Below are positions 1-9,697 of a DNA stretch of 26,855 nucleotides, one piece after another; the stretch's first letter is position 1; every line of letters starts with the position of its first letter. The notes under the pieces are model-generated. The model was not told the DNA's origin. It saw nothing but the letters and a program-made list of their open reading frames with translations, and made no database searches. The translations under genes and the position numbers were made by a program. The DNA comes from Candidatus Zixiibacteriota bacterium (lineage in GTDB: Bacteria; Zixibacteria; MSB-5A5; WJJR01), in assembly GCA_036170655.1 (NCBI GenBank), contig JAVHPP010000007.1:36272-63126 (forward strand), given 5' to 3'.

Positions 1-101
1 TCCTTATTACGGGCCCCCGGCGTCGAGATCAACGAATCACGGCATTCGACATTCACGGATTTAGCCCGCCGGTGCCTGTCAGATTGGGAATGATGTCGCC
101 C

Positions 102-3005
102 TTACTGCGCCGTCAGCGTGCCGTAGAGCGCCTTCGCGTCCTTGACGATCGGCAGATCCCAGTCGGCGTTGCCCCAGAAGACGAGGAAACGCTCGAGTGG
201 CTCGATCGCATCCTTCTTCTGACCCGCCTTGACCTGTGCATCGGCCAGAAGATAGAGGCCGCGGATGTAACTGGCGGAGGGCCAGTCTCGCTCTGCTTCG
301 AGGCGACGGGTGGTCAGCTCGGCGATTGCTTCGGTGTACTTCCCGGCCTTCAAATATGCTTCCGCCAGCGGCACGCGCCAGACAGTGGAGTCTCTTGACC
401 AACGGCGGCTTTCGATATAATTGTTGATTGCGGACTGGTAATCGCCCGTGGCGAAGGCCGTGCGCGCCGCCATCTCATACTTGGTCCAGAGGAAATCCGT
501 CGAGTCGATGCGTCCCTGCCAGCGCGTTTTCTGTGCGCTCAAAATCGCGTTGGCCTGGTCCGGGTGATTGAGCATGACACGAGTTCGCGCTTCGCTGAGA
601 GGCGCGTCCCCATCGAGTGAATCCAACATCGCTGCCCGGTGAAAATGAGTGGCCGCATCCTCAAGGCGGTCGGTGTCGAAATAGAGCGCGCCAACATGCC
701 GCTCGGCATTGCTCCGCTGATCCTGAAGCTTTGCCGAGTCGGCGATCGCTTCAGCGATGTGAATCTGCTCCAACGCTTTTGAGAATCGTCCCCAGGACTT
801 GTGGACAGCGGCGATCTGAAGGCGCCCGATGATGCGTGTGACCGGTTTAGGATCGGCCAACATCATTTTCTCGTACCAGTTGATGGCCGAGTCCGGCTGC
901 CCCTGCAAAACGCAGATCTGCGCGATCTGTGTATATCCGTACCGCTGGTCCGGCGACAGAGTGAGCGCCTTGTGGGTATACACACGGGCGGAGTCGAACT
1001 GACCCTGCTGAATGAAGACTTCGCTCAAGAGCACATAGGGGACCGGGTCTTTGGGCCTTGTCCCGATGTACCGGCCCACCACCGGTCTGGCGCCCGCGAA
1101 GTCCTTCTGGTCGACGAGCGCATTGGCCAGCACCAGCAGCGCGAACGGATAATCAGGGTCGAGATCAAGGGCCTTCCGGCAATAAGTGACGACAGAGTCC
1201 ATTTGTCTCTTGTTGTTGGAGAGAAAATTCGCGACCCAGAAAAACGGCTCCTTGTTGCTGGGGCATTCCACGGTGGCGCGCTTGAGCGTCTTGAGCGCGG
1301 CCTCCAGATTCCAGTGCGTCGCGAGATCGACCGCAAAGGCCTCGATCAGCGTGCGATCGCATCCCTTGGCGTGGTCCTTGTGTTGCCCCGCCTTGACCAG
1401 CATCTCCACACCCTTGTCCCGGTGACCATCGGAGAAGTAGGCGATTCCCTTGCGCAGATAGGCCAGCGCGAAGGTGGGATCCTTGGCGATGGCGCGGTCG
1501 AAGTGCAGGTGCGCAGCCTCCCAGTTCAGCGAATAATAGTAGTCCATTCCTTCGAGATATTCACGGTACGCTTCCGGGGACGAAGTCGTGGCTTCTGCGA
1601 CCGGCATATCCCCCACTGCCGCCTGCGTCTCTGTCAGGCCGAGTTTATGCTTGATGCGCATCGACAGGTCGTCGACCATGCTGTACAGATCGGACCCGTC
1701 AACACGCTCGGAGCCGACCACGTCGCCGCTGGCCACATCGACCAGTTGCGCCGTGATGATGGTCCGTCCCTCCAGCTTGGACAATGCGCCCGACAACATC
1801 CGGCTGGCTCCCGCCTCGCGGGCGATTTGCGTGGCCACGCCACGGTCGATGCGCCGCGACGATGTCACCCCTTCGTGTTTGAGCAAGTCATAGAGACGCT
1901 GGCTTGAGACGACCTTGATATAATCCGATCCGGACAAATCGGTCGTCAGCAGTTCCGTGATGATGTCGCCCAAGCGGTCACGGTCATCGGGGTCGCTGAG
2001 ATTTTCAAAATACATGACGGCGAGGGTGTTCTCGCTGGCCTTGACCTCGGTCCCGCCGGTGGGGAAGAGGCGCGGGCCGAGCGCCAGCGCCAACCCTGCG
2101 ATCATAATTGCAAGACCCGCAATGCCCCATGCCAGACGGTTGCGGCGCGGCGGCATGGCCGTCATCCGGCCCGACGAAATCCGCGAGATGTCCAAAGTCC
2201 TGGCGACCGTGCGCAGTTCGCTTTCCATCGCTCCCGCATCCGGGTACCGGTCCGGCGGATTCTTCGCCAGCGCCCGGTCCACAATCCGGGCGATCTCGGC
2301 AGGAACATCCGGGTTCACCTGCCGAACAGGAGGCGGTGTCTCGTGGACGATCGAGTACAGCGCCGCCGCCGCATGTTCCGCCGCAAAAGGACGCTTGCCG
2401 GTCAAGAGTTCGTACAGGATGATTCCCAGTGAAAACACGTCTGAACGCGCGTCAACCGGTAATCCCTGAACCTGCTCCGGCGACATGTATCCGACTGTTC
2501 CGACGGTGCTGCCACGCTCGGTCAGCCCCGACGATTCCTTCAATTTGGCCAGGCCAAAATCGGCGAGCCGCGCGCGCTCGTCGGTCCCGATCATCACATT
2601 GTCGGGTTTGACATCGCGGTGGATGATTCCCCGCGCGTGGGCCGCGCCGAGTCCCGAAGCAATCTGAATCGTGAAGCGGATCGCCTCGTCCATGGGAAGC
2701 CGTCCCATGGCCAGCCGTTCTTTGAGCGTCTTCCCCTCGACATAGGCCATCGCGATGAAAGAGCGGCCCTCGTACTCGTCGATATCGTAGATCGTGAGAA
2801 TGTTCGGGTGGTCGAGCGATGATGCCGACCGCGCCTCCAGTTCCAGACGTTTCCGCCGCTCCGGATCGTTGGCGAATTCCCTGGGGAGAAATTTCAGCGC
2901 AACCTGGCGCCCCAACTTGGTGTCGGTGGCGAGGTAGACCTCGCCCATGCCGCCGGCGCCCAGCCGCGATGTGATCTCATACTGTTTGATAGTCTTGCCA
3001 ATCAT
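102..3005 (-). CDS. Hanks-type Ser/Thr protein kinase with TM helix, TolB_N/CsgG-like domain and TPR repeats
   Basis: Kinase motifs GAGGMGEVY, VALK, HRDVKPDN, DFG and GTVGYMSPE; hydrophobic segment LAWGIAGLAIMIAGLALAL; LAVMYFENLS domain; many TPR-like helices. The start is placed at ATG 3005 (MIGKTIKQYEI) because the ORF-track start at 3062 overlaps the upstream gene. Confidence 0.92.
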   Translation of the reverse strand: MIGKTIKQYEITSRLGAGGMGEVYLATDTKLGRQVALKFLPREFANDPERRKRLELEARSASSLDHPNILTIYDIDEYEGRSFIAMAYVEGKTLKERLAMGRLPMDEAIRFTIQIASGLGAAHARGIIHRDVKPDNVMIGTDERARLADFGLAKLKESSGLTERGSTVGTVGYMSPEQVQGLPVDARSDVFSLGIILYELLTGKRPFAAEHAAAALYSIVHETPPPVRQVNPDVPAEIARIVDRALAKNPPDRYPDAGAMESELRTVARTLDISRISSGRMTAMPPRRNRLAWGIAGLAIMIAGLALALGPRLFPTGGTEVKASENTLAVMYFENLSDPDDRDRLGDIITELLTTDLSGSDYIKVVSSQRLYDLLKHEGVTSSRRIDRGVATQIAREAGASRMLSGALSKLEGRTIITAQLVDVASGDVVGSERVDGSDLYSMVDDLSMRIKHKLGLTETQAAVGDMPVAEATTSSPEAYREYLEGMDYYYSLNWEAAHLHFDRAIAKDPTFALAYLRKGIAYFSDGHRDKGVEMLVKAGQHKDHAKGCDRTLIEAFAVDLATHWNLEAALKTLKRATVECPSNKEPFFWVANFLSNNKRQMDSVVTYCRKALDLDPDYPFALLVLANALVDQKDFAGARPVVGRYIGTRPKDPVPYVLLSEVFIQQGQFDSARVYTHKALTLSPDQRYGYTQIAQICVLQGQPDSAINWYEKMMLADPKPVTRIIGRLQIAAVHKSWGRFSKALEQIHIAEAIADSAKLQDQRSNAERHVGALYFDTDRLEDAATHFHRAAMLDSLDGDAPLSEARTRVMLNHPDQANAILSAQKTRWQGRIDSTDFLWTKYEMAARTAFATGDYQSAINNYIESRRWSRDSTVWRVPLAEAYLKAGKYTEAIAELTTRRLEAERDWPSASYIRGLYLLADAQVKAGQKKDAIEPLERFLVFWGNADWDLPIVKDAKALYGTLTAQ

Positions 3006-3051
3006 GGCATACTCTGATGGGTGAATGGACGCTGCGCTCTCCGTGAACCGC

Positions 3052-4287
3052 TTAGCGAGCACGCCCCGGATACGCTTCCAACCCCGCGGCCAGCGCCTTC
3101 ATTGCTTTCTCCAGCTCTGCCTTCTTGAGGACGTAGGCGATGCGGGCTTCCGTGGTCCCCCGGCCCGAAGTGGCATAGAAGCCCGATCCCGGAGCCAGCG
3201 CCACTGTCTGCTTGTCAAAGGCAAAGTCGGTCAGCATCCACCGGCAGAATCGGTCGGCGTTATCAACAGGCAGCGTGGCCATCAGGTAAAACGCGCCCGC
3301 TGGTTTCTGGAAACGCACGCCCGGCATCTGCGCGAGGCAGCCGACCATCAGATCGCGGCGTCCCTTGTACTCCTCAGCCAACTGGGCATAGTAGTCATTG
3401 CCGAGATCCATCAGACGCGCGGCGGCGATCTGCTCGACCGTAGCCGTGCAGAGTCGCGACTGTCCCAGACGGAGCGCGCCGTCGATGACCTGCTCGTTGC
3501 GTGAAATCAGCGCCCCCACACGGGCGCCACAGGCCGAGAACCGTTTCGAGATCGAATCGATCAGGATCGCGCGGTCGCAGGCCTGCGGAAACTGCCAGAT
3601 CGACGTGTGCGTGCCCTCGTAGCAAAACTCCCGGTACACTTCATCGGATAGGATGAACAGGTTGTGCTCGTCCGCGATCTGCACGACCGTCGCGATCTCG
3701 TCACGGGTCAATACCGTGCCGGTGGGATTGTTCGGCGAGCAAATGATGATGGCCCGCGTCCTCTCGTCAATGGCTTCTTCGATGTCACGGCGCGCAGGCA
3801 GCGGGTATCCTAACTCGGGCAACGCCGCGATGGCCCGGACTTCGACTCCCACAGACGTTGCCAGAGAGAAGTAGTTGGTGTAGAATGGCTCGCTGACGAT
3901 GACATTGTCGCCGGGGTCACAGACCAGAATCAACGCGAAGATAAGCGCCTCTGATCCTCCCGTAGTGACTTGAATCTGGCTCGGCAGAACGTCGAGTCCC
4001 TTGCCCGCGTAGTAGCGCGACCAGGCGTCCAGAAGATCGGCATGCCCCTTGGAATGGCCGTAGGCGAGCACCGGCTCGGAAAATTCGCGCAACGCCGCGA
4101 AGAACTCAGGCGGCGTGGGAACATCCGGCTGGCCGATGTTCAAATTGTAGACTTTGATTCCGCGCTTCCGTGCGGCCAGCGCATCCCCGGCCAGCTTGCG
4201 AATCGGCGAGGGAGGGATGGCCATGGCCCGCTTCGCCAGATCAGGACAAGCGCCGGGAATCACTTTTGGATGTACGGAGATGCTCAT
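3052..4287 (-). CDS. PLP-dependent class I/II aminotransferase (aspartate aminotransferase-like)
   Basis: Motifs LNIGQPD, SPNNPTG, SDEVY, DSISKRFSACGARVG (PLP lysine) and GAFY. Start uncertain (4287 or 4299). Confidence 0.9.
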   Translation of the reverse strand: MSISVHPKVIPGACPDLAKRAMAIPPSPIRKLAGDALAARKRGIKVYNLNIGQPDVPTPPEFFAALREFSEPVLAYGHSKGHADLLDAWSRYYAGKGLDVLPSQIQVTTGGSEALIFALILVCDPGDNVIVSEPFYTNYFSLATSVGVEVRAIAALPELGYPLPARRDIEEAIDERTRAIIICSPNNPTGTVLTRDEIATVVQIADEHNLFILSDEVYREFCYEGTHTSIWQFPQACDRAILIDSISKRFSACGARVGALISRNEQVIDGALRLGQSRLCTATVEQIAAARLMDLGNDYYAQLAEEYKGRRDLMVGCLAQMPGVRFQKPAGAFYLMATLPVDNADRFCRWMLTDFAFDKQTVALAPGSGFYATSGRGTTEARIAYVLKKAELEKAMKALAAGLEAYPGRAR

Positions 4288-4354
4288 ATCGAATCTCAAC
4301 CTTGAGAAATTGCGCTCATGCCAGTGTCCAGTCTAACATTCTTGAAGTCGGCAG

Positions 4355-4990
4355 TCAAACCTGCGGCGGCTGAATTTGGTCAATTTCTGGTTGAATGATT
4401 CGACCGGTCTTTTGTCCATACCATTGCACGGCGGCCAGGAGGTTATCGGCAATGACGTCCGGCATTTGGTTGGGGACGAACAGCTCACGTTCGCGCATCC
4501 CATATCCGGTCAGCACCATCAGTCCGGGGATACCCACGCTGCGGGCGAGGCCGATGTCCACGGTACTGTCGCCGGCGACAAAGGAGTCCGTCAGGTCAAT
4601 CGGGTAATCGTTCAACGCCCGGTGAATCATCCCCGGCGACGGTTTGCGGCAGTCGCACGGCTCCTCGTGGCGGGCACGGGCGATGTCTGGTTGATGTGGG
4701 CAATAGTAGATGCGGTTGACATACGCCCGCTGGGCGGCCAGTTGTTCAATGGTCCGCTCGTTGACGGCCTCGACATCCCCGTTGCCGAAATATCCGCGCT
4801 CCACGCCCGACTGATTTGAGACGCCGATCACCCAGAATCCCCATTGGTTCAAAAGACGGATTGCCTCGGCCGCGCCGGGGAGCAGTTCCACCCCGTCGGG
4901 ATCGCCGAGAAAATCACGCTCCACGATCATTGTCCCGTCACGGTCGAGAAATGCCGCCGGCCGTTTCAGGTGGTGGTTCTCAGTCAGCAC
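4355..4990 (-). CDS. gmhB: D-glycero-D-manno-heptose 1,7-bisphosphate phosphatase (HAD IIIA)
   Basis: Motifs FLDRDGT, SNQSG, Zn-binding CPH...CDCRKP and GD. GTG start at 4990 has an upstream GAAGGAG and overlaps the end of the GT9 gene. Confidence 0.88.
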   Translation of the reverse strand: MLTENHHLKRPAAFLDRDGTMIVERDFLGDPDGVELLPGAAEAIRLLNQWGFWVIGVSNQSGVERGYFGNGDVEAVNERTIEQLAAQRAYVNRIYYCPHQPDIARARHEEPCDCRKPSPGMIHRALNDYPIDLTDSFVAGDSTVDIGLARSVGIPGLMVLTGYGMRERELFVPNQMPDVIADNLLAAVQWYGQKTGRIIQPEIDQIQPPQV

Positions 4991-6023
4991 TGGTCGCGCT
5001 CCTTCGGCGGGAGAAGACCTCGTGGATCGCATCGGCAACCGCGCTCATGTCCAGTTCGTCGAAACAATAACGCCGGTCGCGAACGCATGGCGCTGCGCCA
5101 TGCCGATGACATGGGGAACACCATGTCCCTGCGTGAAAGACGCGCGCTCCGGGACCCTGCGGCGCAAACCCCAACGCTGGGTGGGTGGGACCGAAGAGAC
5201 CGAACGTCGGTATCCCAAGCGCGGCCGCAACATGCATCAGTCCGGAATCGGAACTGACAAACACCGCGCACGAAGCGATGCGCACCATGGCCTCCCGCAA
5301 CGTCAGCCCACACTCGATCGATGCACGAACAGCCGGCTGCTTTCCTGCCTGTTCCTCCAGAAACCGGTGGATCGCGTCACGGTCTGACTCCAGCCCAAAC
5401 ACGCGAACATGAATGTCACCATGTCCAGCCAATTGCTCCAGCAGTTTGCTCCAGATCTCCATGGGCACGGCCTTTGTCGGCCACCGGGCTCCCCAGCCGA
5501 TGCCAATGCACTCAGGCGTCGTCTGCCGAAGCGCATCGGCCCGATGTCTTTCCAGATCCGAAAGAAACAGGCGCGGATATTGATTGTCCGGGCACATGCC
5601 CAGCGGCCGGACCGCCGAGAAGTATGTCTCGATTACCGAGAGCGGTTCATCGAGCCCGGCTTTGCGCTTCACCATCGCCCGGCGGCGCGATGCATTCTTG
5701 GTCACATGCGTCTTGATCCGGGCGCGCAGCGCCCCCGCCAGCACGATCGATCGCAACGACCCGTGCAGATCAACGATCGCGTCATAGGGTATCGTCCGCA
5801 GCCGACGCCAGTATGCGAAGAGAGATTCACCGGGCCGGAAGGCGACCACGTCCAGCGAATAATCCACGCTCGCAAACAGCGGCTCGTAGGCCAGCTTGGT
5901 CGCCAAGACGACGCGGGTTCCTCTGTTCTGCCGCCCCATCGCGCGCAGGACGGCGCCGGCCAGCACAACGTCACCGAGTGACGAGAACCGGATGACCAGG
6001 ATGCGGCGTGCGTCATCGCTCAT
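4980..6023 (-). CDS. Glycosyltransferase family 9, LPS heptosyltransferase (WaaF/RfaF-like)
   Basis: Motifs RILVIRFSSLGDVV, DLHGSLRS and SDSGLMHVAAALGIPTFGLFGPT; adjacent to gmhB. Confidence 0.88.
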   Translation of the reverse strand: MSDDARRILVIRFSSLGDVVLAGAVLRAMGRQNRGTRVVLATKLAYEPLFASVDYSLDVVAFRPGESLFAYWRRLRTIPYDAIVDLHGSLRSIVLAGALRARIKTHVTKNASRRRAMVKRKAGLDEPLSVIETYFSAVRPLGMCPDNQYPRLFLSDLERHRADALRQTTPECIGIGWGARWPTKAVPMEIWSKLLEQLAGHGDIHVRVFGLESDRDAIHRFLEEQAGKQPAVRASIECGLTLREAMVRIASCAVFVSSDSGLMHVAAALGIPTFGLFGPTHPALGFAPQGPGARVFHAGTWCSPCHRHGAAPCVRDRRYCFDELDMSAVADAIHEVFSRRRSATSAD

Positions 6024-6027
6024 ACCA

Positions 6028-6068
6028 TAAAGAAAACCCCCGGCGATGCCTCGCGGGGGAATTCTTTC
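6028..6068 (-). terminator. Intrinsic terminator-like hairpin
   Basis: Minus strand reads CCCCCGCGA-GGCA-TCGCCGGGGG followed by TTTTCTTT, just downstream of the 6084-6698 gene. Confidence 0.7.
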
Positions 6069-6083
6069 AGCACAAAGTGGCTT

Positions 6084-6698
6084 TCACAGTTTGAAATTCA
6101 AGCCCAAAACGATTCCCATCTCGTTGTCGAAAACCACTTCTCCCAGCGCGTCCATTAAGTCGGAGAGCTCCCATTTCACTCCGCCGACCGCCGCTATCTG
6201 CCAGTCTGTGTGGGAGGACAGATGGTCCAGCCGCAGATTGACGGCCCCATACGGGGACAGGGTGGATCCATTCGACACCTGGTAGTCATGTGACAGGACG
6301 ACCGATTCCCCGATCGACAGCAGGGAAGACTCGTGGTAGTCAACGAACATCAGACGGGAATCAAATGCCAGATCGAACGGATCGTTGCTGGCGGCATTCA
6401 TCACCTGGAACTTGGCATCACCGCCGAGCATCAACCGGGCGTTTGCCCTTTCGTAGTCGATGAGTCCAAACTGCACACCAAAGTCGCCGTTGCCGGTGAA
6501 CCTTCTCCGGTACTGACCGAACAGGGCAGTTGCATGGTCCAGCAGTCCGATGTAGCCACCCACATCATTGGCATTTGCCTCCATGGTGCTGGCCGTCGAC
6601 ACCTGACCCAGTAGTTGAGCCGACAGCGGCGCTGGCGAGACGGTCCAAACGGTTAGAGCCAGCGCTCCAACAATCCCAATTTTGCGAAACCCCATCAT
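6084..6698 (-). CDS. Secreted protein, probable small outer-membrane beta-barrel
   Basis: Signal peptide ending LSA-Q, alternating amphipathic strands, C-terminus IVLGLNFKL; AAGGGGG RBS. Confidence 0.65.
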   Translation of the reverse strand: MMGFRKIGIVGALALTVWTVSPAPLSAQLLGQVSTASTMEANANDVGGYIGLLDHATALFGQYRRRFTGNGDFGVQFGLIDYERANARLMLGGDAKFQVMNAASNDPFDLAFDSRLMFVDYHESSLLSIGESVVLSHDYQVSNGSTLSPYGAVNLRLDHLSSHTDWQIAAVGGVKWELSDLMDALGEVVFDNEMGIVLGLNFKL

Positions 6699-6813
6699 GA
6701 CTTGCCCCCCTTTGTGGATCTCCCTGCCGCAGCAACGTCACACGCTTCTACGCATGGGACCGCATTTGGTTTCCCGGGCCGTGTACAGTTTGGCAGGAAT
6801 GTAAAACTGCCGA

Positions 6814-7536
6814 TCACCGCTCGATCAAGAACTGTGACAGGTAGAACAGGGCAACCCCTGCCAAGACGCCCACCGGAGCCAGCATGCTGCGGCGTTTGTT
6901 GACCTCTGGCAACAGGTCGGTCGCGGCGACATAGATTAGCGATCCCGCCGAGAGTGCCAGCGCCGGCCCCACCCATTGATCGACCGGCAGGGCGGCATAC
7001 ACGGCTCCGCCCAGGATCGAAGCCACGCCGACAGCGGTTGCTGCGGTCAGCGACCCACGTCGCGATCCCCCGGTCGCGGCCACCACCGACGCCGCCGTGA
7101 ATCCTCCCGGCACCTTGTGCCAGACGGCGGCCATCAGCACGAGCCACCCCAAGGCCGGGTCGACCTGTACGGCGGCGACGATCGCGACCCCATCTGTGAC
7201 CGAGTGCATCATCAGCCCGGTTGTCGCGGCAATGCCCACGCGGGTCTTCAGACCACCGTGGCTTTCATCCCCATAGTGAAAATGGGGGGGGAACACATGC
7301 TCGGACAGATGGACGAACAGAAAACCCGCCAACGCCCACGCCGGCGCCAGGGTCGTCCGGGAGGATGCTTCCGGCAGCATCTCCGCCAAGGATACCGCCA
7401 GCATAAACCCGGCGCCTGCGCCAATCCACACGCGCAGCGATTCGTGCTCCCACTGCTTCTTCAGCAGGAACAGCCATGCCCCGCTGACATTCGCCAGCGC
7501 GGAAACCATGAGAAACCAGAAGGCCCTTGTTGTCAT
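6814..7536 (-). CDS. ZIP family divalent metal transporter
   Basis: About 8 hydrophobic segments; GAGFMLAV, His loop HVFPPHFH, TM4 HSVTDG, TM5 HKVPGG and IYVAATDLLPEV. Confidence 0.85.
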   Translation of the reverse strand: MTTRAFWFLMVSALANVSGAWLFLLKKQWEHESLRVWIGAGAGFMLAVSLAEMLPEASSRTTLAPAWALAGFLFVHLSEHVFPPHFHYGDESHGGLKTRVGIAATTGLMMHSVTDGVAIVAAVQVDPALGWLVLMAAVWHKVPGGFTAASVVAATGGSRRGSLTAATAVGVASILGGAVYAALPVDQWVGPALALSAGSLIYVAATDLLPEVNKRRSMLAPVGVLAGVALFYLSQFLIER

Positions 7537-7649
7537 CGCCGGTCCAAAATACCCGCACGAGAATACCACGAGACTCCCGTACGGTCAAGGCGAGTACGGC
7601 TGTTTATCGGGATATTTGTGCGACGGCAATGTCTGAGAGCGGAATGTCT

Positions 7650-8051
7650 CTACTTGTTGACGGAAAGCAGGACGATCTTGACGATGTCGAGCAGACGTTC
7701 GCACGAGAATGGCTTCTTCACAAACAGATCGCACCCGGACTTGAAACTGCGTCCCTGATCGTCGCGGGCATCCTTGCCCGTGAGGAACACGACTGGGATT
7801 TCCGCAGTCGCGCTGTCTTTCTTGAGAACATTGCAGACCTCGTATCCGTCCATGTTCGGCATCATGATGTCCAGCAGGATTAAATCGGGATGGAACTCCT
7901 TCGCCCGGCGAATTCCCCCCGCGGAGGAATTCTCCACAGCAACTTCGTACCCGGCCGTTGTCAGGAACGCATCGACGATTTCCGTGATTTCCGGCTCGTC
8001 ATCAACGACGAGAATCTTGGCGCTTTCATTGAGCGAACGCGATCTGGTCAC
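7650..8051 (-). CDS. Single-domain response regulator receiver (CheY-like)
   Basis: Motifs ILVVDDE, LLDIMMP (phospho-Asp), FLTG and KKPF; GAAGGGGG RBS before the GTG. Confidence 0.9.
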   Translation of the reverse strand: MTRSRSLNESAKILVVDDEPEITEIVDAFLTTAGYEVAVENSSAGGIRRAKEFHPDLILLDIMMPNMDGYEVCNVLKKDSATAEIPVVFLTGKDARDDQGRSFKSGCDLFVKKPFSCERLLDIVKIVLLSVNK

Positions 8052-8218
8052 GGCTCTATCCCCCTTCTATTCTTTCGGACGGATACGCCCAAACTTGACC
8101 CCCCGTGATCGATCCCGGACGGGCGCACCTAACGTCTTGATCTACAATATGTTCGTTGGGATGTGCCGGTCGGGCCGGGTCAATCCAATGAGAATCTCCA
8201 TCTATCGGGTATCAGGCG

Positions 8219-8243
8219 GGCAAGGGGCTTTAAGCCCCTTGCC
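8219..8243. repeat. REP-like perfect palindrome GGCAAGGGGCT-TTA-AGCCCCTTGCC
   Basis: 11-bp perfect inverted repeat in the divergent intergenic region, with an outer TCAGGC/GCCTGA pairing alternative. Confidence 0.6.
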
Positions 8244-8320
8244 TGAAGCCAAGTGGGACGGGGCAAGGATCTTACGACGACTTCCCCATACGATCGGGAT
8301 CCCTGACGTATCATGATGCA

Positions 8321-9415
8321 ATGGTCGCTGACATCGGTACACATTCTGGCCCTGACGGCCGCGTCAATCTGATGGGGATGACGCCCATGCAGATTGCCAC
8401 ATTCATGGCGAGTTTGGGGGAACCGGCCTACCGCGCTCAGCAACTCTCGAATTGGATCTACCGCCACAGTGTGTACGAATTCGGCGGAATGACAAACTTG
8501 AACGCCACCCTCCGCGCCCGTCTCGCGGATCATGCCGCTGTCGCCATCGACCGCCCTCAGGGTCATCAGGCTTCACCGGATGGCACGCGGAAGCTTCTGT
8601 TTCGCAACGGCGATGATCTGTGGGAGACAGTCCTCATGTGCGATGCCGAACGCCGCACGGTCTGTGTTTCCACACAATCCGGTTGTGGCCTGGGCTGCCG
8701 TTTCTGCGCGACCGCGACACTCGGCTTCAAACGTAATCTGACACCAGGCGAGATCGTGGGGCAGATCCTCCGCGCCGGAGAACTCCTGCCGCCCGGGGAG
8801 CGAGTCACCAATCTCGTCTTCATGGGGATGGGCGAACCGCTGCAGAACTACGACGCGGTGAAGAATGTCCTGGAGATTGTTGGCGCCGATTGGGGACTGG
8901 ACATCTCGCACCGGCGCACGACCGTGTCGACCGTCGGTCTGGTCCCGGCGATCTATCGCTGGATCGAAGACAAGATCAAAGCCAAGCTCGCGATTTCCCT
9001 CATCGCCGCCGATGATGAACTTCGCTCAGAACTGATGCCGATTAATCGCGCCTACCCTCTGGCCGAGCTCAAGAAAGCAGCCATCGCCCTGACAGAAGCG
9101 ACCGGACGACGGGTAACCTTCGAGTATATCCTGATGGAGGGCGTCAATGACACGATTGCTCATGCCAAGAAGCTGGTTCACTTCATCGATCATATTCCCT
9201 GCAAGATCAACCTGATCCGTTTCCATCCCCACCCCGGCTCCCCCTACCGCCGCCCCACCGAAGACCGTGTGAACGATTTTCGCAGCTATCTCTACCCGCG
9301 CTGTCCCGCCGTCACGGTGCGCAAGTCATTCGGTATTGACATCGACGCCGCCTGCGGACAACTCGCGGGACGGGGAACGACACCAGACGGTGACGCCGGC
9401 CAAACCTCAGGATAA
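8321..9415 (+). CDS. rlmN: Dual-specificity 23S rRNA/tRNA m2A methyltransferase RlmN (radical SAM)
   Basis: Motifs TVCVSTQSGCGLGCRFCAT (CxxxCxxC), FMGMGEP, VTFEY and DIDAACGQL. Confidence 0.95.
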   Translation: MVADIGTHSGPDGRVNLMGMTPMQIATFMASLGEPAYRAQQLSNWIYRHSVYEFGGMTNLNATLRARLADHAAVAIDRPQGHQASPDGTRKLLFRNGDDLWETVLMCDAERRTVCVSTQSGCGLGCRFCATATLGFKRNLTPGEIVGQILRAGELLPPGERVTNLVFMGMGEPLQNYDAVKNVLEIVGADWGLDISHRRTTVSTVGLVPAIYRWIEDKIKAKLAISLIAADDELRSELMPINRAYPLAELKKAAIALTEATGRRVTFEYILMEGVNDTIAHAKKLVHFIDHIPCKINLIRFHPHPGSPYRRPTEDRVNDFRSYLYPRCPAVTVRKSFGIDIDAACGQLAGRGTTPDGDAGQTSG

Positions 9416-9539
9416 CCAACTGTAACGCGGAAACTTATCTCTGATCCATCGAGCCCTCGAGCGCCTTTGTACTCAAGATTATGCGAGCACGGTGGACCTT
9501 GAACCGCCATCGTGCACGGTCGACGGGCAGAAAGGGTGA

Positions 9540-9567
9540 TTGACTCTAACCGGGTGCGGAGTAGATT
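9540..9567 (+). promoter_or_regulatory. Possible sigma70 promoter of the R-M operon
   Basis: TTGACT-N16-TAGATT about 130 nt upstream of the methyltransferase start. Confidence 0.35.
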
Positions 9568-9697
9568 AATAGAGGAAGAGTGCCCGCGCATGTCGCTACG
9601 GATAATGGCTTCTTCCAGCGCCAAACTGTAGCAGACCCGAGCTTGCCAGAATGTGCGATCGGGGACCGACGTAGGAGAAGGGCTGGATCTCGCGCAA

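Noticed and set aside
801..1907. Long plus-strand ORF of 368 aa, and similar ones at 6976-7758, 9596-10204, 12385-13440 and 16927-17595
   Set aside because: Antisense shadows of well-supported genes, as expected in GC-rich DNA; no recognisable motifs.
8127..8161. ACCTAAC...GTTGGGA resembling integron attC R boxes
   Set aside because: Too short for an attC, not at a gene 3' end, and no integrase or cassette array is present.
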